DNA from: Candidatus Omnitrophota bacterium
GTDB taxonomy: Bacteria; Omnitrophota; Omnitrophia; Omnitrophales; Aquincolibacteriaceae
Direction: 5' to 3'
NCBI GenBank assembly: GCA_016196545.1
Contig: JACPXM010000036.1
Location: 483-64,482 of the forward strand
Length of the DNA: 64,000 bases
The number at the start of each line of letters is the position of its first letter. Position 1 is the first letter of the stretch. The notes under the pieces are model-generated. The model did no database searches and was not told the origin of the DNA. It saw only the letters and a program-made list of their open reading frames with translations. Positions 18,458 to 28,183 of this stretch are shown piece after piece. Position numbers and translations under genes: made by a program.

Positions 18458-19021
18458 CTAATTGCCGCCTGAAACACCGGCTGAAAGGGCATTGCCTTCA
18501 ACGGGTTCCATGCGCTTAATTTGTTGATCTTGTTCCCCAAGAGGCTCCTGGGGAAAATCGGCATCCGAGATTTCCATGGGAGGTTCTTCGATAACTTCGG
18601 GTTCTTCGACAGACGCTTTGGGGAAACGGTGGTATCTCACCATTTCGCCGCGGGCATAAACATAACCGTCCGGAAAACTCCCGGAATCCGGATCAGGCCA
18701 GTACTCGACATTAACGACTTTGTCAGCGCCGTAGCTCTTGCTGGCCACCTCTGCCAATTCGGCACGCAGAGTTCTTTTGTAATGATCTCCGCGGGAAGGG
18801 GTTTTAGCGAAAGTCAATGTCGCGACCTCAATCCCCGTAAAAAGAATCCCCCCCGGAGTTACGTAAGGAGCCTTTTGTTTGATTTCAAGGGTTCCCAAGG
18901 ATTGATAGGGCAACACGCCCTCAGAGCCTTCAATGGCCCGCACGCGCTCGGTGCGAATACATGCCGAAAGGCTGCTCATTACGACCCATAATGCCAAAAA
19001 ATTGACCCAAAAACGCTTCAT
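18458..19021 (-). CDS. Hypothetical lipoprotein
   Basis: 187 aa. Lipobox-like signal LALWVVMSSLSAC and an acidic C-terminal tail. Confidence 0.6.
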   Translation of the reverse strand: MKRFWVNFLALWVVMSSLSACIRTERVRAIEGSEGVLPYQSLGTLEIKQKAPYVTPGGILFTGIEVATLTFAKTPSRGDHYKRTLRAELAEVASKSYGADKVVNVEYWPDPDSGSFPDGYVYARGEMVRYHRFPKASVEEPEVIEEPPMEISDADFPQEPLGEQDQQIKRMEPVEGNALSAGVSGGN

Positions 19022-19076
19022 AATCCCCTCCTAGGGAAAACCCTCATACATTAATAAGCTCATCGGGAAAAAAAAA

Positions 19077-20408
19077 TTAAACTTTAGGAGGACTTTCAAG
19101 CCTCCCACGGACCCAGCGAAGTGCCTCTTCTTGACTCTTAAACTTTCCTTCAAGTTGCAGCTCATAAATTTCTTCCAAAAGCGGCTTCATGGCAGGCCCC
19201 GGCTTCATCCCCAAAGCGATCAGATCATTTCCGTTCACAAGGGGTTTGGGCTTGAGATCCTCATGGGCGAATTCCACAAGCTTTTTTTTGAGAAATTCGT
19301 AATGATCCAGCATGCCATGGCTGGATTGGCAGTCCACTTTATGAAGCTCAAGCTCTTCTTGAAAATTCGGCCGCGAGACAAATTGTTTCAACTTTCCTGA
19401 GCGCATGCGCTGCACATCGGCAAACTTCATATGATTCGCCACGCTTTCGCAAATCGAATCCGTTTCTTGATTTGAAAACCGAAGGCGCTTTAAAATTTCC
19501 CGGGCCATGGCGGCTCCCAAGGGGGCATGTTCGTAAAAGGTGATTTTCCCTTCCCGCACCGCAAAGGTTTTAGGTTTGCCGACGTCATGAAGTAAGGCGC
19601 TCAGGGCTAAGGTCGCGCTGGGGTGCTGAAGGCGATCTAAGAGCATTTTTGTATGAATGAATACATCTCCCTCGGGATGAAAATCCGGCTGCTGTTGGAC
19701 CCCTTTCATGGCCTCAATTTCGGGCAAAACCTCTTTCATGAGTCCGGATTCAGATAAAAGCAAAAACCCATTTCCGGCTCCCGGTCGTGTGAAAATTTTA
19801 ACGAGTTCCTCACGAATGCGCTCCGGACTTACCTGGGTGATTTTGGCCGCATGAGCCTTAAGGGACTTCCAGGTTTTTTCTTCAATCTCAAAGCCCAAAT
19901 TTGCGGAAAACCGAATGGCCCTCAATAATCTCAGCTTATCTTCCTCAAACCTTTCCTCAGGATGACCGATGGCTCGGATGACCTTTCGTTGGATATCCTC
20001 CTGGCCTCCGACAAAATCAACGACTTTCCGGGCGAAGGGATCGTAAAAAAGGCCATTGACCGTAAAATCACGCCGGCGGGCATCCTCTTCGGGCCTTGAA
20101 AATATCACCTTTGAGGGATGCCGTCCGTCCAAATACGCAGCCTCGCTGCGAAAAGTTGCCACTTCGAAAGGGATCCCCTCTTCGACTACAATCATGACGC
20201 CGAATTGGCGCCCGACCGGGACCACTTTGGGGAAAATTTTTTCTACGATATCCGGCGTCGCCGTGGTGGCAATATCAAAATCATGGGCTTCACGATTCAT
20301 GATCTGGTCGCGCACACAGCCCCCGGCAAAATAAGCGGTGTGTCCGTTTTGGTGAAGCCGTTCGGCAATGGAAGTGGCGATGCGGGCCCGTCCCTGCGTC
20401 AGGTTCAT
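19077..20408 (-). CDS. cca: CCA-adding tRNA nucleotidyltransferase with HD domain
   Basis: 443 aa. Motifs GGCVRD and RRRDFTVNG in the head domain, and an HD domain (HDVGK). Confidence 0.85.
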   Translation of the reverse strand: MNLTQGRARIATSIAERLHQNGHTAYFAGGCVRDQIMNREAHDFDIATTATPDIVEKIFPKVVPVGRQFGVMIVVEEGIPFEVATFRSEAAYLDGRHPSKVIFSRPEEDARRRDFTVNGLFYDPFARKVVDFVGGQEDIQRKVIRAIGHPEERFEEDKLRLLRAIRFSANLGFEIEEKTWKSLKAHAAKITQVSPERIREELVKIFTRPGAGNGFLLLSESGLMKEVLPEIEAMKGVQQQPDFHPEGDVFIHTKMLLDRLQHPSATLALSALLHDVGKPKTFAVREGKITFYEHAPLGAAMAREILKRLRFSNQETDSICESVANHMKFADVQRMRSGKLKQFVSRPNFQEELELHKVDCQSSHGMLDHYEFLKKKLVEFAHEDLKPKPLVNGNDLIALGMKPGPAMKPLLEEIYELQLEGKFKSQEEALRWVRGRLESPPKV

Positions 20409-21661
20409 GGCGGTGAGGGTGCAACCGAGGGCGGGGTTTCAAAGCGAAGCCTTTCCACAAAAATAAATCCCAGAATCCCAAGGACCCCCGTGCAAATAAT
20501 CAGGGTATGAAGCCCGATGAGAACATAGATTTTCCCGCCTAAAAACCCAAACAAAATTTGCCCCAGGTTAAAAACGCTCATCAACACGGCGAAAAGAGAT
20601 CCCTCCACCTGCGTATGATGCGTCAAAATCGCCGAAGAAGACATGATCGGAAGCAGCGTCAGACAGCCCATGACGCCCCCGATGAAAATCAAAAGAAAGG
20701 CGCTGGTGGTATCGCGGATCAAAAGGGTTGAAAAAATGTTGATCGAGTTAAGCAAGATGGCCCAACGCAGCGTAATTTTTGGAGAAATATGGCGAAGCCA
20801 GCGAAAATAGATGAGGCTTCCGACAAGCGCGCCAAACCATCCGAGGCTTGAAAGGGTTCCTAAGAAGGTCTCGTTGAAATTGAGAGTTTCTTTCATGAAA
20901 AAGAAAAAGGGAATGCCAAACGATGAAGCGATGGAAGCGCAGATTAAGATGGCCAGAAACCAGCGGATATTATGGCTCAGGATAAGCTTAAAACAGCGTT
21001 CAAAAGGCGTCCAAACGGATTGAAACGGGCTGCGTTCCATTCTCTTTTCATGGATAAAAAAGGCTCCCCCCAAAACAAACAAGGGAAGTGTCATCGTCAG
21101 TAAAAACACGTGCTTGGGATCCCAGTGGGCGGCAAGCCAGCCGCCGATAAATCCGCTGATAATGGATCCGAGGCTGCGCGAACCCCAGGCGATGCTCTGA
21201 TAAATGGAGCTTGTGGTTTGGGTGGAATGCTCCACGATAAGGCCGTCGGTAATTACGTCGGTGGCTGCAAATCCGAAATTGATGCCCAAAAGGGAAATCA
21301 TAATCCATGATTTCTCCGAGGGAAGAAGAACAAGGGAAAGCCATCCCGTAGCCGCAATAAAAGAACACAAAATAAGATAGGATTTTCTGCGGTATCCAAA
21401 CAGAGGGATACAGTCGGAAAACAAACCATACGTGATTTTGAAAACCCAGGGAAGGGCCGCCAGAGAGGAAATCATCGTAATGTCTGAGATGCTCCACTCA
21501 AGCTTTCTTAAAAAAAGAGGGAGGGCGATTCCTGAAATTCCCAAGGAGCCCTGAATGAAATAAACAATCGCGGCAAGAAACGCGACTTTATGAACGTGCT
21601 TAGCCAAAAAAATCTCTCGCCTTTTTGTGGCCGACGGCGGAAGTGTAGTCCGTATGGTCAA
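20405..21661 (-). CDS. MFS transporter (folate/biopterin-transporter-like)
   Basis: 418 aa with about 12 hydrophobic segments. The ATG at 21661 overlaps the upstream gene by 62 nt. An alternative TTG at 21607 (LAKHVHKV) would give an 8-nt overlap. Confidence 0.75.
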   Translation of the reverse strand: MTIRTTLPPSATKRREIFLAKHVHKVAFLAAIVYFIQGSLGISGIALPLFLRKLEWSISDITMISSLAALPWVFKITYGLFSDCIPLFGYRRKSYLILCSFIAATGWLSLVLLPSEKSWIMISLLGINFGFAATDVITDGLIVEHSTQTTSSIYQSIAWGSRSLGSIISGFIGGWLAAHWDPKHVFLLTMTLPLFVLGGAFFIHEKRMERSPFQSVWTPFERCFKLILSHNIRWFLAILICASIASSFGIPFFFFMKETLNFNETFLGTLSSLGWFGALVGSLIYFRWLRHISPKITLRWAILLNSINIFSTLLIRDTTSAFLLIFIGGVMGCLTLLPIMSSSAILTHHTQVEGSLFAVLMSVFNLGQILFGFLGGKIYVLIGLHTLIICTGVLGILGFIFVERLRFETPPSVAPSPP

Positions 21662-21920
21662 TCATGATCAGGTCCGGTCGCTTTTCCTGAATTCGGCGGG
21701 CGAACTGAAACCTCTCGCCAGGATGGCTGTCGAGCCTGCGGCTGGCAATATATTTGAAAGGGGTCCCGCATTGCGGGCAGCTCGCCGCCTTTAAATAATC
21801 AATGCCGAGCTCGCGGCATTTTGCGCAATCCCCGCTAAGATCTCCGGCAATCACAAGATGCTCTTTGACCTCGTCTAAGTCATAAACTTTAAAGGTTCTT
21901 AGATATTCTCGTGCCATCAA
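21600..21920 (-). CDS. Small zinc-ribbon protein, function unknown
   Basis: 106 aa. Motif CAKC...CPQC. Tightly packed, 2 nt after the upstream gene. Confidence 0.6.
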   Translation of the reverse strand: MMAREYLRTFKVYDLDEVKEHLVIAGDLSGDCAKCRELGIDYLKAASCPQCGTPFKYIASRRLDSHPGERFQFARRIQEKRPDLIMIDHTDYTSAVGHKKARDFFG

Positions 21921-21922
21921 AT

Positions 21923-22309
21923 TCAGACCTTGTAAACCGCATCCCCTTCCCGGACTCTGGATTTGACACGAATGCCTGCTTCTGCGCCCCGGCCGGCCTT
22001 GGGAACCGACACATGATCGATCTGAAGGGATTCCAGCGTTTCCTCAAAATCCGTGGTGTGTCCCTTAAAATAAAGCCTGTCCCCTATTTTGATTTGTCCT
22101 GCCTCAACTTTAACGGCCGCCGCCTGAACATGGTCAAAATAATGCGTGACGTGTCCTACAAGGGTTCCCTTGATTTTAGGAGCGGCCGCGAGCTTTTTCT
22201 TCTTTGCCTTGGCGGGCGCCTTCTTACGAACCCCCTTTTTTTTTGCCGCTTTTTTCTTAGGGCTTTTTTTGGGTTTTGATTTTTTGGACTTTGCAGATTT
22301 TTTAGGCAT
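21923..22309 (-). CDS. Lysine-rich (histone-H1-like tail) protein with EF-Tu-domain-2-like beta-barrel
   Basis: 128 aa. N-terminal MPKKSAKSKKSKPKKSPKKKAAKKKGVRKKAPAKAKKKK, then GHVTHYFDHVQAAAVKVEAGQIKIGDRLYFKG. Confidence 0.65.
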   Translation of the reverse strand: MPKKSAKSKKSKPKKSPKKKAAKKKGVRKKAPAKAKKKKLAAAPKIKGTLVGHVTHYFDHVQAAAVKVEAGQIKIGDRLYFKGHTTDFEETLESLQIDHVSVPKAGRGAEAGIRVKSRVREGDAVYKV

Positions 22310-22323
22310 GCGAAACTCCTGGG

Positions 22324-23415
22324 TTAGAGGCTTAAGAGTTTTGGGGATTGGGGTTCTATTTCAGGAACTTCAACAGAGTCCTTGCCCCCGGAGAGTGAAG
22401 CAATCCTATGCTGCATTTTATCGAAACGCTTCAACACCTTTTCATAAGCCGAGGAGGCATTGGTTAAATGGGAACCCACTTTTTCCATTTCTGCCGAGCA
22501 TTTCGCAAAGTCTGTCTCCAATTGCCTTAAACTCTCAAGGATGATAAGCGCGGATTCTTCTATTTTGAGACCTCTCAAGCCGCGGACGATCGCTTGCAAG
22601 TAGGCGTAAAAGCTATTGGGCGAGACCGGCAATATCTTTTTTCGCAGGGCATAGGCCGAAAGACTTTCTGCATCCGAATCTTCCTTTAAAATAATTTCAT
22701 AGTAGATATTTTCTGAGGGGATATACATCAGAGCAAAATCAAAGGTGCCCTCCTCCGGAAGAATATATTTTTCAGCAATGGAATCGATATGTTTTTTAAC
22801 CGCCTGAATAAATTCTTTGCGGCACTGTTTTTCTTCCTCCGGGGTGGCGGCATTCAAAATTCTTTTAAAGCTCTCGTAAGGGACCTTGGCGTCCACAGGG
22901 ATCTTTCCTTCCTTGGTATGGATCACGGCATCGACTCTGGAACCGTTGCGGAAGGAATATTGCAGCTCGTAGTGCTCCGCGGGAAGAACTTGTTTTAAGA
23001 GTTCAGAGAGCCAAAATTCCCCCATTCCGCCCTTCCACTTGGGGGATTTCAGCAGATGTTCCAGCGAGGAGATTTCTTTTCCCATGTCCATCATGGATTG
23101 GGCCGCTTGCTGAAGTTTCCCAAGTCGGTGTTCTACCTGACCTATCGTTTCGCGGTAACTTTTGTCAGAGTCCATGATAAAGCGCGTATTCTGGTCAAGT
23201 TGATGATTCATTTGTTGCGCGAGCCGAAGCACTTGATCGGTAAGGGAGCTCTGTAAATCGCGAAACTCTTTTTGGAGCTGTGACAAAACAGGGGCAAACT
23301 CGGAGGCGATCGATTGAGCGGGTGCTTTCCGGGCCGCCTGCCACAGGATATAGGCAAGGGCCAAAAAAATCATCAAGAAACCCATCAGCAGCACTAAAAC
23401 AAACGTGTCCGTCAT
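22324..23415 (-). CDS. rmuC: DNA recombination protein RmuC
   Basis: 363 aa. N-terminal TM, a coiled coil, and the nuclease-like core RVDAVIHTKEGKIPVDAKVPYESF. Confidence 0.85.
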   Translation of the reverse strand: MTDTFVLVLLMGFLMIFLALAYILWQAARKAPAQSIASEFAPVLSQLQKEFRDLQSSLTDQVLRLAQQMNHQLDQNTRFIMDSDKSYRETIGQVEHRLGKLQQAAQSMMDMGKEISSLEHLLKSPKWKGGMGEFWLSELLKQVLPAEHYELQYSFRNGSRVDAVIHTKEGKIPVDAKVPYESFKRILNAATPEEEKQCRKEFIQAVKKHIDSIAEKYILPEEGTFDFALMYIPSENIYYEIILKEDSDAESLSAYALRKKILPVSPNSFYAYLQAIVRGLRGLKIEESALIILESLRQLETDFAKCSAEMEKVGSHLTNASSAYEKVLKRFDKMQHRIASLSGGKDSVEVPEIEPQSPKLLSL

Positions 23416-23446
23416 GTCTGCCGCGTATTATACACTGAGCCGCAAG

Positions 23447-24937
23447 TCATTTCACAAAGGTAATTTGAATATCTTCTTGATGAAGATGAGCATCCCCCGT
23501 GATTTGGATGCGGCTGTTGGTGGATCGCTCTAAATCTTTGAGCGCCCGCTTCTCTTGATTGAGGAGACGCTCATAAGCCTCCGTATTGACCATGACATTG
23601 ACAATGCGGCCTTTGGTGTGTCCCAGGGACTTTCGTAGCTCCCGAATGGTTTGAATGGCCATCGTCGTCGCGGATTTAACCATGCCTTTGCCTTCGCAGT
23701 ACTTGCAGGTGTTGTAAACTGCGCTTTCAAGCGACTTACGGACCCTCTGGCGTGTCATCTCCACAAGCCCGAGTTCGGACATTTGGAGGATATTGGTTTT
23801 GGCACGGTCTCTTTTGACGGCCTCTTTAAAGGCACGGAAGAGATTTCTTCGGTGCTCCCCTCTTTCCATATCAATAAAATCAATCACGATAATACCGCCG
23901 ACGTCCCGAAGCCGAAGCTGGCGCGCGACCTCAAGGCAGGCCTCCATATTGGTTTTATACACCGTTTCTTCCAAATTGCGATTGCCTGTGAATTTCCCGG
24001 TGTTGACGTCAATGGCCACAAGCCCTTCGGTTTGTTCGATGACAATATAGCCGCCCGATTTCAAATAAACATTTTTCTGAAAGGTCCTTTCGATCTCTTT
24101 CTCGATATTGTATTTTTCAAACAGTGGCGCCCGCTCTTCGTAAAAGGAAACATCGATTTTCTGGCCCGGCAGATAGGTGGTGATAAATTTTTGTATTTTG
24201 CGGTAAACCTCTTTGTTGTCGGTCACCATTTTATCCGTATCTTCGTTAAAGTGGTCGCGGATAATGCGCTCCACCAAATCGAGCTCGGAATGAATAAGAC
24301 TCGGGGCCTTTTGTTGCGAGATATTCGCGTGGATTCGTTTCCACAGCCTCAATAAATAGCGGATATCTCTTGTAAATTCCTTCTCGCTTTTGCCTTCGGC
24401 CATGGTTCGGACAATGAAACCAATCCCCTTGGGGATATCCAAATTCTGGAAAATACCTCGAATCCTTTCTCTTTCCTCTCTCTGATCAACGCGGCGTGAA
24501 ATCCTCACCTTTTCCTCACCGGGCATCATGACGAGATAGCGCGCCGGAAGTGAGAAATGGGTCGTCAAACGGGGGCCTTTATTGCCCAAGGGCTCCTTGA
24601 CGACTTGAACCACGACTTCCTGCCCTACCTTTAAGACATCTTCGATTTGCTTAAAACGGTCCCTCTTAGGGGCCTCCGAGTCTTCATATTCGGCTTCGCT
24701 ATCAAAGGGAGAACGCAAGGCATCCAGCACATAAAGAAATCCGTCTTTTTTGGTGCCTAAGTCCACAAAGGCAGCGCCCATGCCGGGGATCACCGTTTTG
24801 ACTTTACCTTTGTAAATATTTCCGAATATTTTTTCAGCCGAGGTCCGTTCAATATAAAACTCTTCGAGTCGCCCATCCTCCAGGATGGCCACTTGCTTTT
24901 CATTCGCATCCACACTAATTAATATGTCACGCTTCAT
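23447..24937 (-). CDS. rng: Ribonuclease G (RNase E/G family)
   Basis: 496 aa. S1 domain GNIYKGKVKTVIPGMGAAFVDLG and catalytic region IVIDFIDM. Confidence 0.92.
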   Translation of the reverse strand: MKRDILISVDANEKQVAILEDGRLEEFYIERTSAEKIFGNIYKGKVKTVIPGMGAAFVDLGTKKDGFLYVLDALRSPFDSEAEYEDSEAPKRDRFKQIEDVLKVGQEVVVQVVKEPLGNKGPRLTTHFSLPARYLVMMPGEEKVRISRRVDQREERERIRGIFQNLDIPKGIGFIVRTMAEGKSEKEFTRDIRYLLRLWKRIHANISQQKAPSLIHSELDLVERIIRDHFNEDTDKMVTDNKEVYRKIQKFITTYLPGQKIDVSFYEERAPLFEKYNIEKEIERTFQKNVYLKSGGYIVIEQTEGLVAIDVNTGKFTGNRNLEETVYKTNMEACLEVARQLRLRDVGGIIVIDFIDMERGEHRRNLFRAFKEAVKRDRAKTNILQMSELGLVEMTRQRVRKSLESAVYNTCKYCEGKGMVKSATTMAIQTIRELRKSLGHTKGRIVNVMVNTEAYERLLNQEKRALKDLERSTNSRIQITGDAHLHQEDIQITFVK

Positions 24938-24999
24938 AGACAGTCCTTTCTTGAAGTTCTTTCGCAGAAGGAAGGGAAACCTACTATCGGAGATTCAAC

Positions 25000-26625
25000 T
25001 TACGATTGACGAGCTGCATCAGGATTGGCTTCAGGAGTTACGGGCGATGGCATAGATTCCATTGGCTCGGATGAATCCTCCTCTTGAGCGGCTGTCATGG
25101 GTGGTGTCGGTTTAACTTTTCCGGCGGGCTGCACTGAGGGTTTTTTGGCCGCTGGTTTAGCCGGCCGTTTTGCCTCATCTTTTTTGTCAGCCCTCTCTCC
25201 CGTTGGTTGTCCTTCTGTGTCAACCATGGTTACGGTAATAAAAAAGAGCGTTTCAACTTTCGCGTTTGCGGAGCCTTCCTCCTGCCGCTTCGCCCTGAAG
25301 ATTTTACCAATGATAGGGATATCCCCAAAGTAAGGTACCTTATCCTCAGAAACCTGGTAATTATCGGTTAAAAGTCCTCCAATAGCAATAGTTTCTCCGC
25401 TGCGGATTAAAACCTGAGTTGTCGCCACCGTGACGTCAAAGCTGGGTGCAATAAAGTCGCCGAAATCCACGTCTTCTCCCCGGGAGCTAACTTCCGGCTT
25501 AAGGTCCACCAAAATTTCCTCCTGAGAGTTAATATGAGGTGTTACATTCAGTACCACACCGACATCCCGATACGAAAAGCCGGTGACTTCGACACTTCCG
25601 GTAGTTTCATTTCGCTCAAAGGTAGGGATTGGAATTTGTTCACCCACCTGAACCTTGGCAGTTTGATTATTCAAAACCACAATGCGGGGATTGGAGATAA
25701 TTTTGGTATCCGTACGGCTTCTGAGAAATTGGATGACCGAGCTGAAGGTGCTGAAATCCAGAGTCCCCAGGTCAAAGGTATCGCTTCCCGCGGCAATCGT
25801 TCCAGCCGGAAAAGGAATGGCCCGACCATCGGATGTGTTAGGGGTTCCTTCATCTCCCACGATCACCGGGAAAAATTGCCGCAAGGTCTTATTTCTCTTG
25901 CCCTCTCCCTCTTGAGATCCTCCCTTTGTCGCATTCCCCGTGTCCGAAATAAAAGGAAAAGTGGTGGGCCGGGATGTCCCTGAGAGACTTGCCTCCAAAT
26001 TCCAGTCAATCCCCATATTTTCAGAAACACCCACGTCCGTACGAATGACTTTGGAATCGATAAAGGCTTGCGGGGTGATTTGATCCAGTTTTTTGATAAT
26101 TTCGCTAATCCGGTAAAGATTCGTCGGAATATCCGTAATCACGATGGTATTGGTTCGATCGGCTGTTTTGATTCTTCCCCTTTCGGTCAGCATATCCTGA
26201 ACAGCCGCTTGAATTTCCGGGGCCTTTGTGTAATTTAAAATGTAGGTGTTTGTCACCACGGGCTCCTGAGCCATTTTTTCCCGAGTGGTTACACGAATAA
26301 TGTTTCCGTCGCGCTCATAGACATAATCGTAGGTTCGGAGCACAACATCCAAGGCCTTTTCCCAGGGCACGTTTTCCAAGCGAATCGTGACCGTCCCCTG
26401 AACTTCGGGACCGGCAACGATATTCACGTTTGATTTTAAGCTCATGACCCTTAACACTGTGTTAATGTCGGCTTCTTTAAAATCCAGCGTAATATTGCCT
26501 TCCCCCGAAGCTGCTGTAGCCGAGGGGCTTACCGCGTCCGCATAGGCAGAATTGCTTGGATAAGTCGCCAGAAACATCAACACCGAAACTGAGAAAAACC
26601 ACAAACTAGATTTTTTTGGTTTCAT
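25000..26625 (-). CDS. pilQ: Type IV pilus secretin PilQ
   Basis: 541 aa. Signal peptide, secretin core VPYFGDIPIIGKIFR, and a K/P/A-rich C-terminal extension. Confidence 0.9.
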   Translation of the reverse strand: MKPKKSSLWFFSVSVLMFLATYPSNSAYADAVSPSATAASGEGNITLDFKEADINTVLRVMSLKSNVNIVAGPEVQGTVTIRLENVPWEKALDVVLRTYDYVYERDGNIIRVTTREKMAQEPVVTNTYILNYTKAPEIQAAVQDMLTERGRIKTADRTNTIVITDIPTNLYRISEIIKKLDQITPQAFIDSKVIRTDVGVSENMGIDWNLEASLSGTSRPTTFPFISDTGNATKGGSQEGEGKRNKTLRQFFPVIVGDEGTPNTSDGRAIPFPAGTIAAGSDTFDLGTLDFSTFSSVIQFLRSRTDTKIISNPRIVVLNNQTAKVQVGEQIPIPTFERNETTGSVEVTGFSYRDVGVVLNVTPHINSQEEILVDLKPEVSSRGEDVDFGDFIAPSFDVTVATTQVLIRSGETIAIGGLLTDNYQVSEDKVPYFGDIPIIGKIFRAKRQEEGSANAKVETLFFITVTMVDTEGQPTGERADKKDEAKRPAKPAAKKPSVQPAGKVKPTPPMTAAQEEDSSEPMESMPSPVTPEANPDAARQS

Positions 26626-27010
26626 CCTTACCCTGTTCCTTTGCTGTTTCTTGTGGGAGAATTTCCTCTCTTAACCAGAGCTCCTTTTTCTCATCGTTCT
26701 GCGACAAAATGACCCGGTCTTTAAAAATCGATATAATTTTAGCTTCCTTCACGGAATCACCCTGCTTGTAAAAGTCTCCGTTAATTAATACTAAAGAGCC
26801 TTTACGGGGATCAAAGATGATTCCTTCTACTTTCAAATCCGAGGGGTTAAACCCTTGAACCACCATCCCCTCTTTTGTAATTAAAGGCTGAAAGGGGTCG
26901 CGGCGCCCACCGCTGAGGTAACGAATCTCTTCGGGATAAGCATAAGGAGGGATAAAAAGTTCGATGAGAACCATGAGGACGGCGCCCAGAAAAATGAGTC
27001 TATTGAGCAT
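26606..27010 (-). CDS. pilP: PilP-like pilus assembly protein
   Basis: Internal ATG (MLNRLIFLGAVLMVL) of track ORF 26606..27118. RDPF motif (GGRRDPFQPL). Positioned between pilO and pilQ. Confidence 0.7.
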   Translation of the reverse strand: MLNRLIFLGAVLMVLIELFIPPYAYPEEIRYLSGGRRDPFQPLITKEGMVVQGFNPSDLKVEGIIFDPRKGSLVLINGDFYKQGDSVKEAKIISIFKDRVILSQNDEKKELWLREEILPQETAKEQGKDETKKI

Positions 27011-27608
27011 TGGCTCCCTTTGCCGAAACCGCGGTGAGTGACACATGGGCCGTATGTTTTTTGGGTAAATCATCATTGGGAAGGATTTTAACCCTCTGAA
27101 TTTGTAGGAGCTTCGCATTGGATTCTAAATTTGAAATAAATGCGCCGACTTCGTGATAGCCCCCTTCGACGGTAAAATCGTATAAATTTACCGAGTATTG
27201 TTCGTCAAAAGGTTTGGGGAATGCGGTCTCATAGACCTTGGGCACTGCCGAGATGATTCCCACATTGCTCTCCTTGGCAAGTTTGGAGACATGCCCTAAA
27301 AGTAAAGATGCCTCCTCCGGACTGAAAAGCCTCTCTTTAGCCCCCTTGATGAGGGAATCATAATCCTCTTTATTGCGAAGCCAGGTTGCCCGTTTTTCGC
27401 TTAAATTTCCCAGAGTTTTCATCTGCTCTTTGGTGCTTTTAATTTTTCCGCGAATTTCAAGGCGCGTCACCCAGGCTGGCCAGAAAATAAAAAATAGAAA
27501 CGCCGCGCTTACTGCCGTGATAACGGCGATCTTAATCCAGGTTTGTTTATCGACCTTCTTAATCAAATCTATAATGTCGTTTGAGGTCCATTGCTGAAGA
27601 GGCTTCAT
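27000..27608 (-). CDS. pilO: PilO
   Basis: 202 aa. One TM, a coiled coil and a ferredoxin-like C-terminus. Gene order pilM, pilN, pilO, pilP, pilQ. Confidence 0.8.
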   Translation of the reverse strand: MKPLQQWTSNDIIDLIKKVDKQTWIKIAVITAVSAAFLFFIFWPAWVTRLEIRGKIKSTKEQMKTLGNLSEKRATWLRNKEDYDSLIKGAKERLFSPEEASLLLGHVSKLAKESNVGIISAVPKVYETAFPKPFDEQYSVNLYDFTVEGGYHEVGAFISNLESNAKLLQIQRVKILPNDDLPKKHTAHVSLTAVSAKGANAQ

Positions 27609-28183
27609 GCTTTTTTTTGACCCCAGTCAAAGTTAGCTACGAATTGAGTGAGTTCGATTTTATCCGTGGTTTGTCTTGTCGTGGTGAGATTTAAGCGGGC
27701 GTCGGGAATTTTTTCTTTGACTTTCTGAATATAGGCCTCGACTTGTTCAATGCTGGAGCTGCTCTTGGCGCGCGGAGGCAGCACAAGTCCCTTGATCAAC
27801 ATGCTTCCTCCTCCTTCCAGCCGGTCCACGCGAACTTCCGTGAGCCAGCTTGAGTCCGGTAAAAATTCGCTGACCCAGGATAATAAACTTGTCGTGTAAC
27901 GCTTCGTGATAACAAATTTCTCCATAAACTCTTTTTCCTGTTTCAAAATTCCTTCGACCTGGGCTTGAAGCTGATTGAGTTCTTGAAATTGGGGCTGGAC
28001 CCGATCCCAGTCTTTGGAGAGCTTACCCCACTGCGCGGCTGCGATGAAATAGTCCACAAACAAGCCCAGGGTGATAAAAAATAAAAGCACCCCTCCCAGA
28101 ATGGCATATTGAAGATAAGGCAGCTTAAGCTCGGTTTTTAGTTTGACACGGAATTCTTCGGGCAAAAGGTTAACGGCAATCAT
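27605..28183 (-). CDS. pilN: PilN
   Basis: 192 aa. N-terminal MIAVNLLPEEFR motif followed by a TM. Confidence 0.85.
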   Translation of the reverse strand: MIAVNLLPEEFRVKLKTELKLPYLQYAILGGVLLFFITLGLFVDYFIAAAQWGKLSKDWDRVQPQFQELNQLQAQVEGILKQEKEFMEKFVITKRYTTSLLSWVSEFLPDSSWLTEVRVDRLEGGGSMLIKGLVLPPRAKSSSSIEQVEAYIQKVKEKIPDARLNLTTTRQTTDKIELTQFVANFDWGQKKA

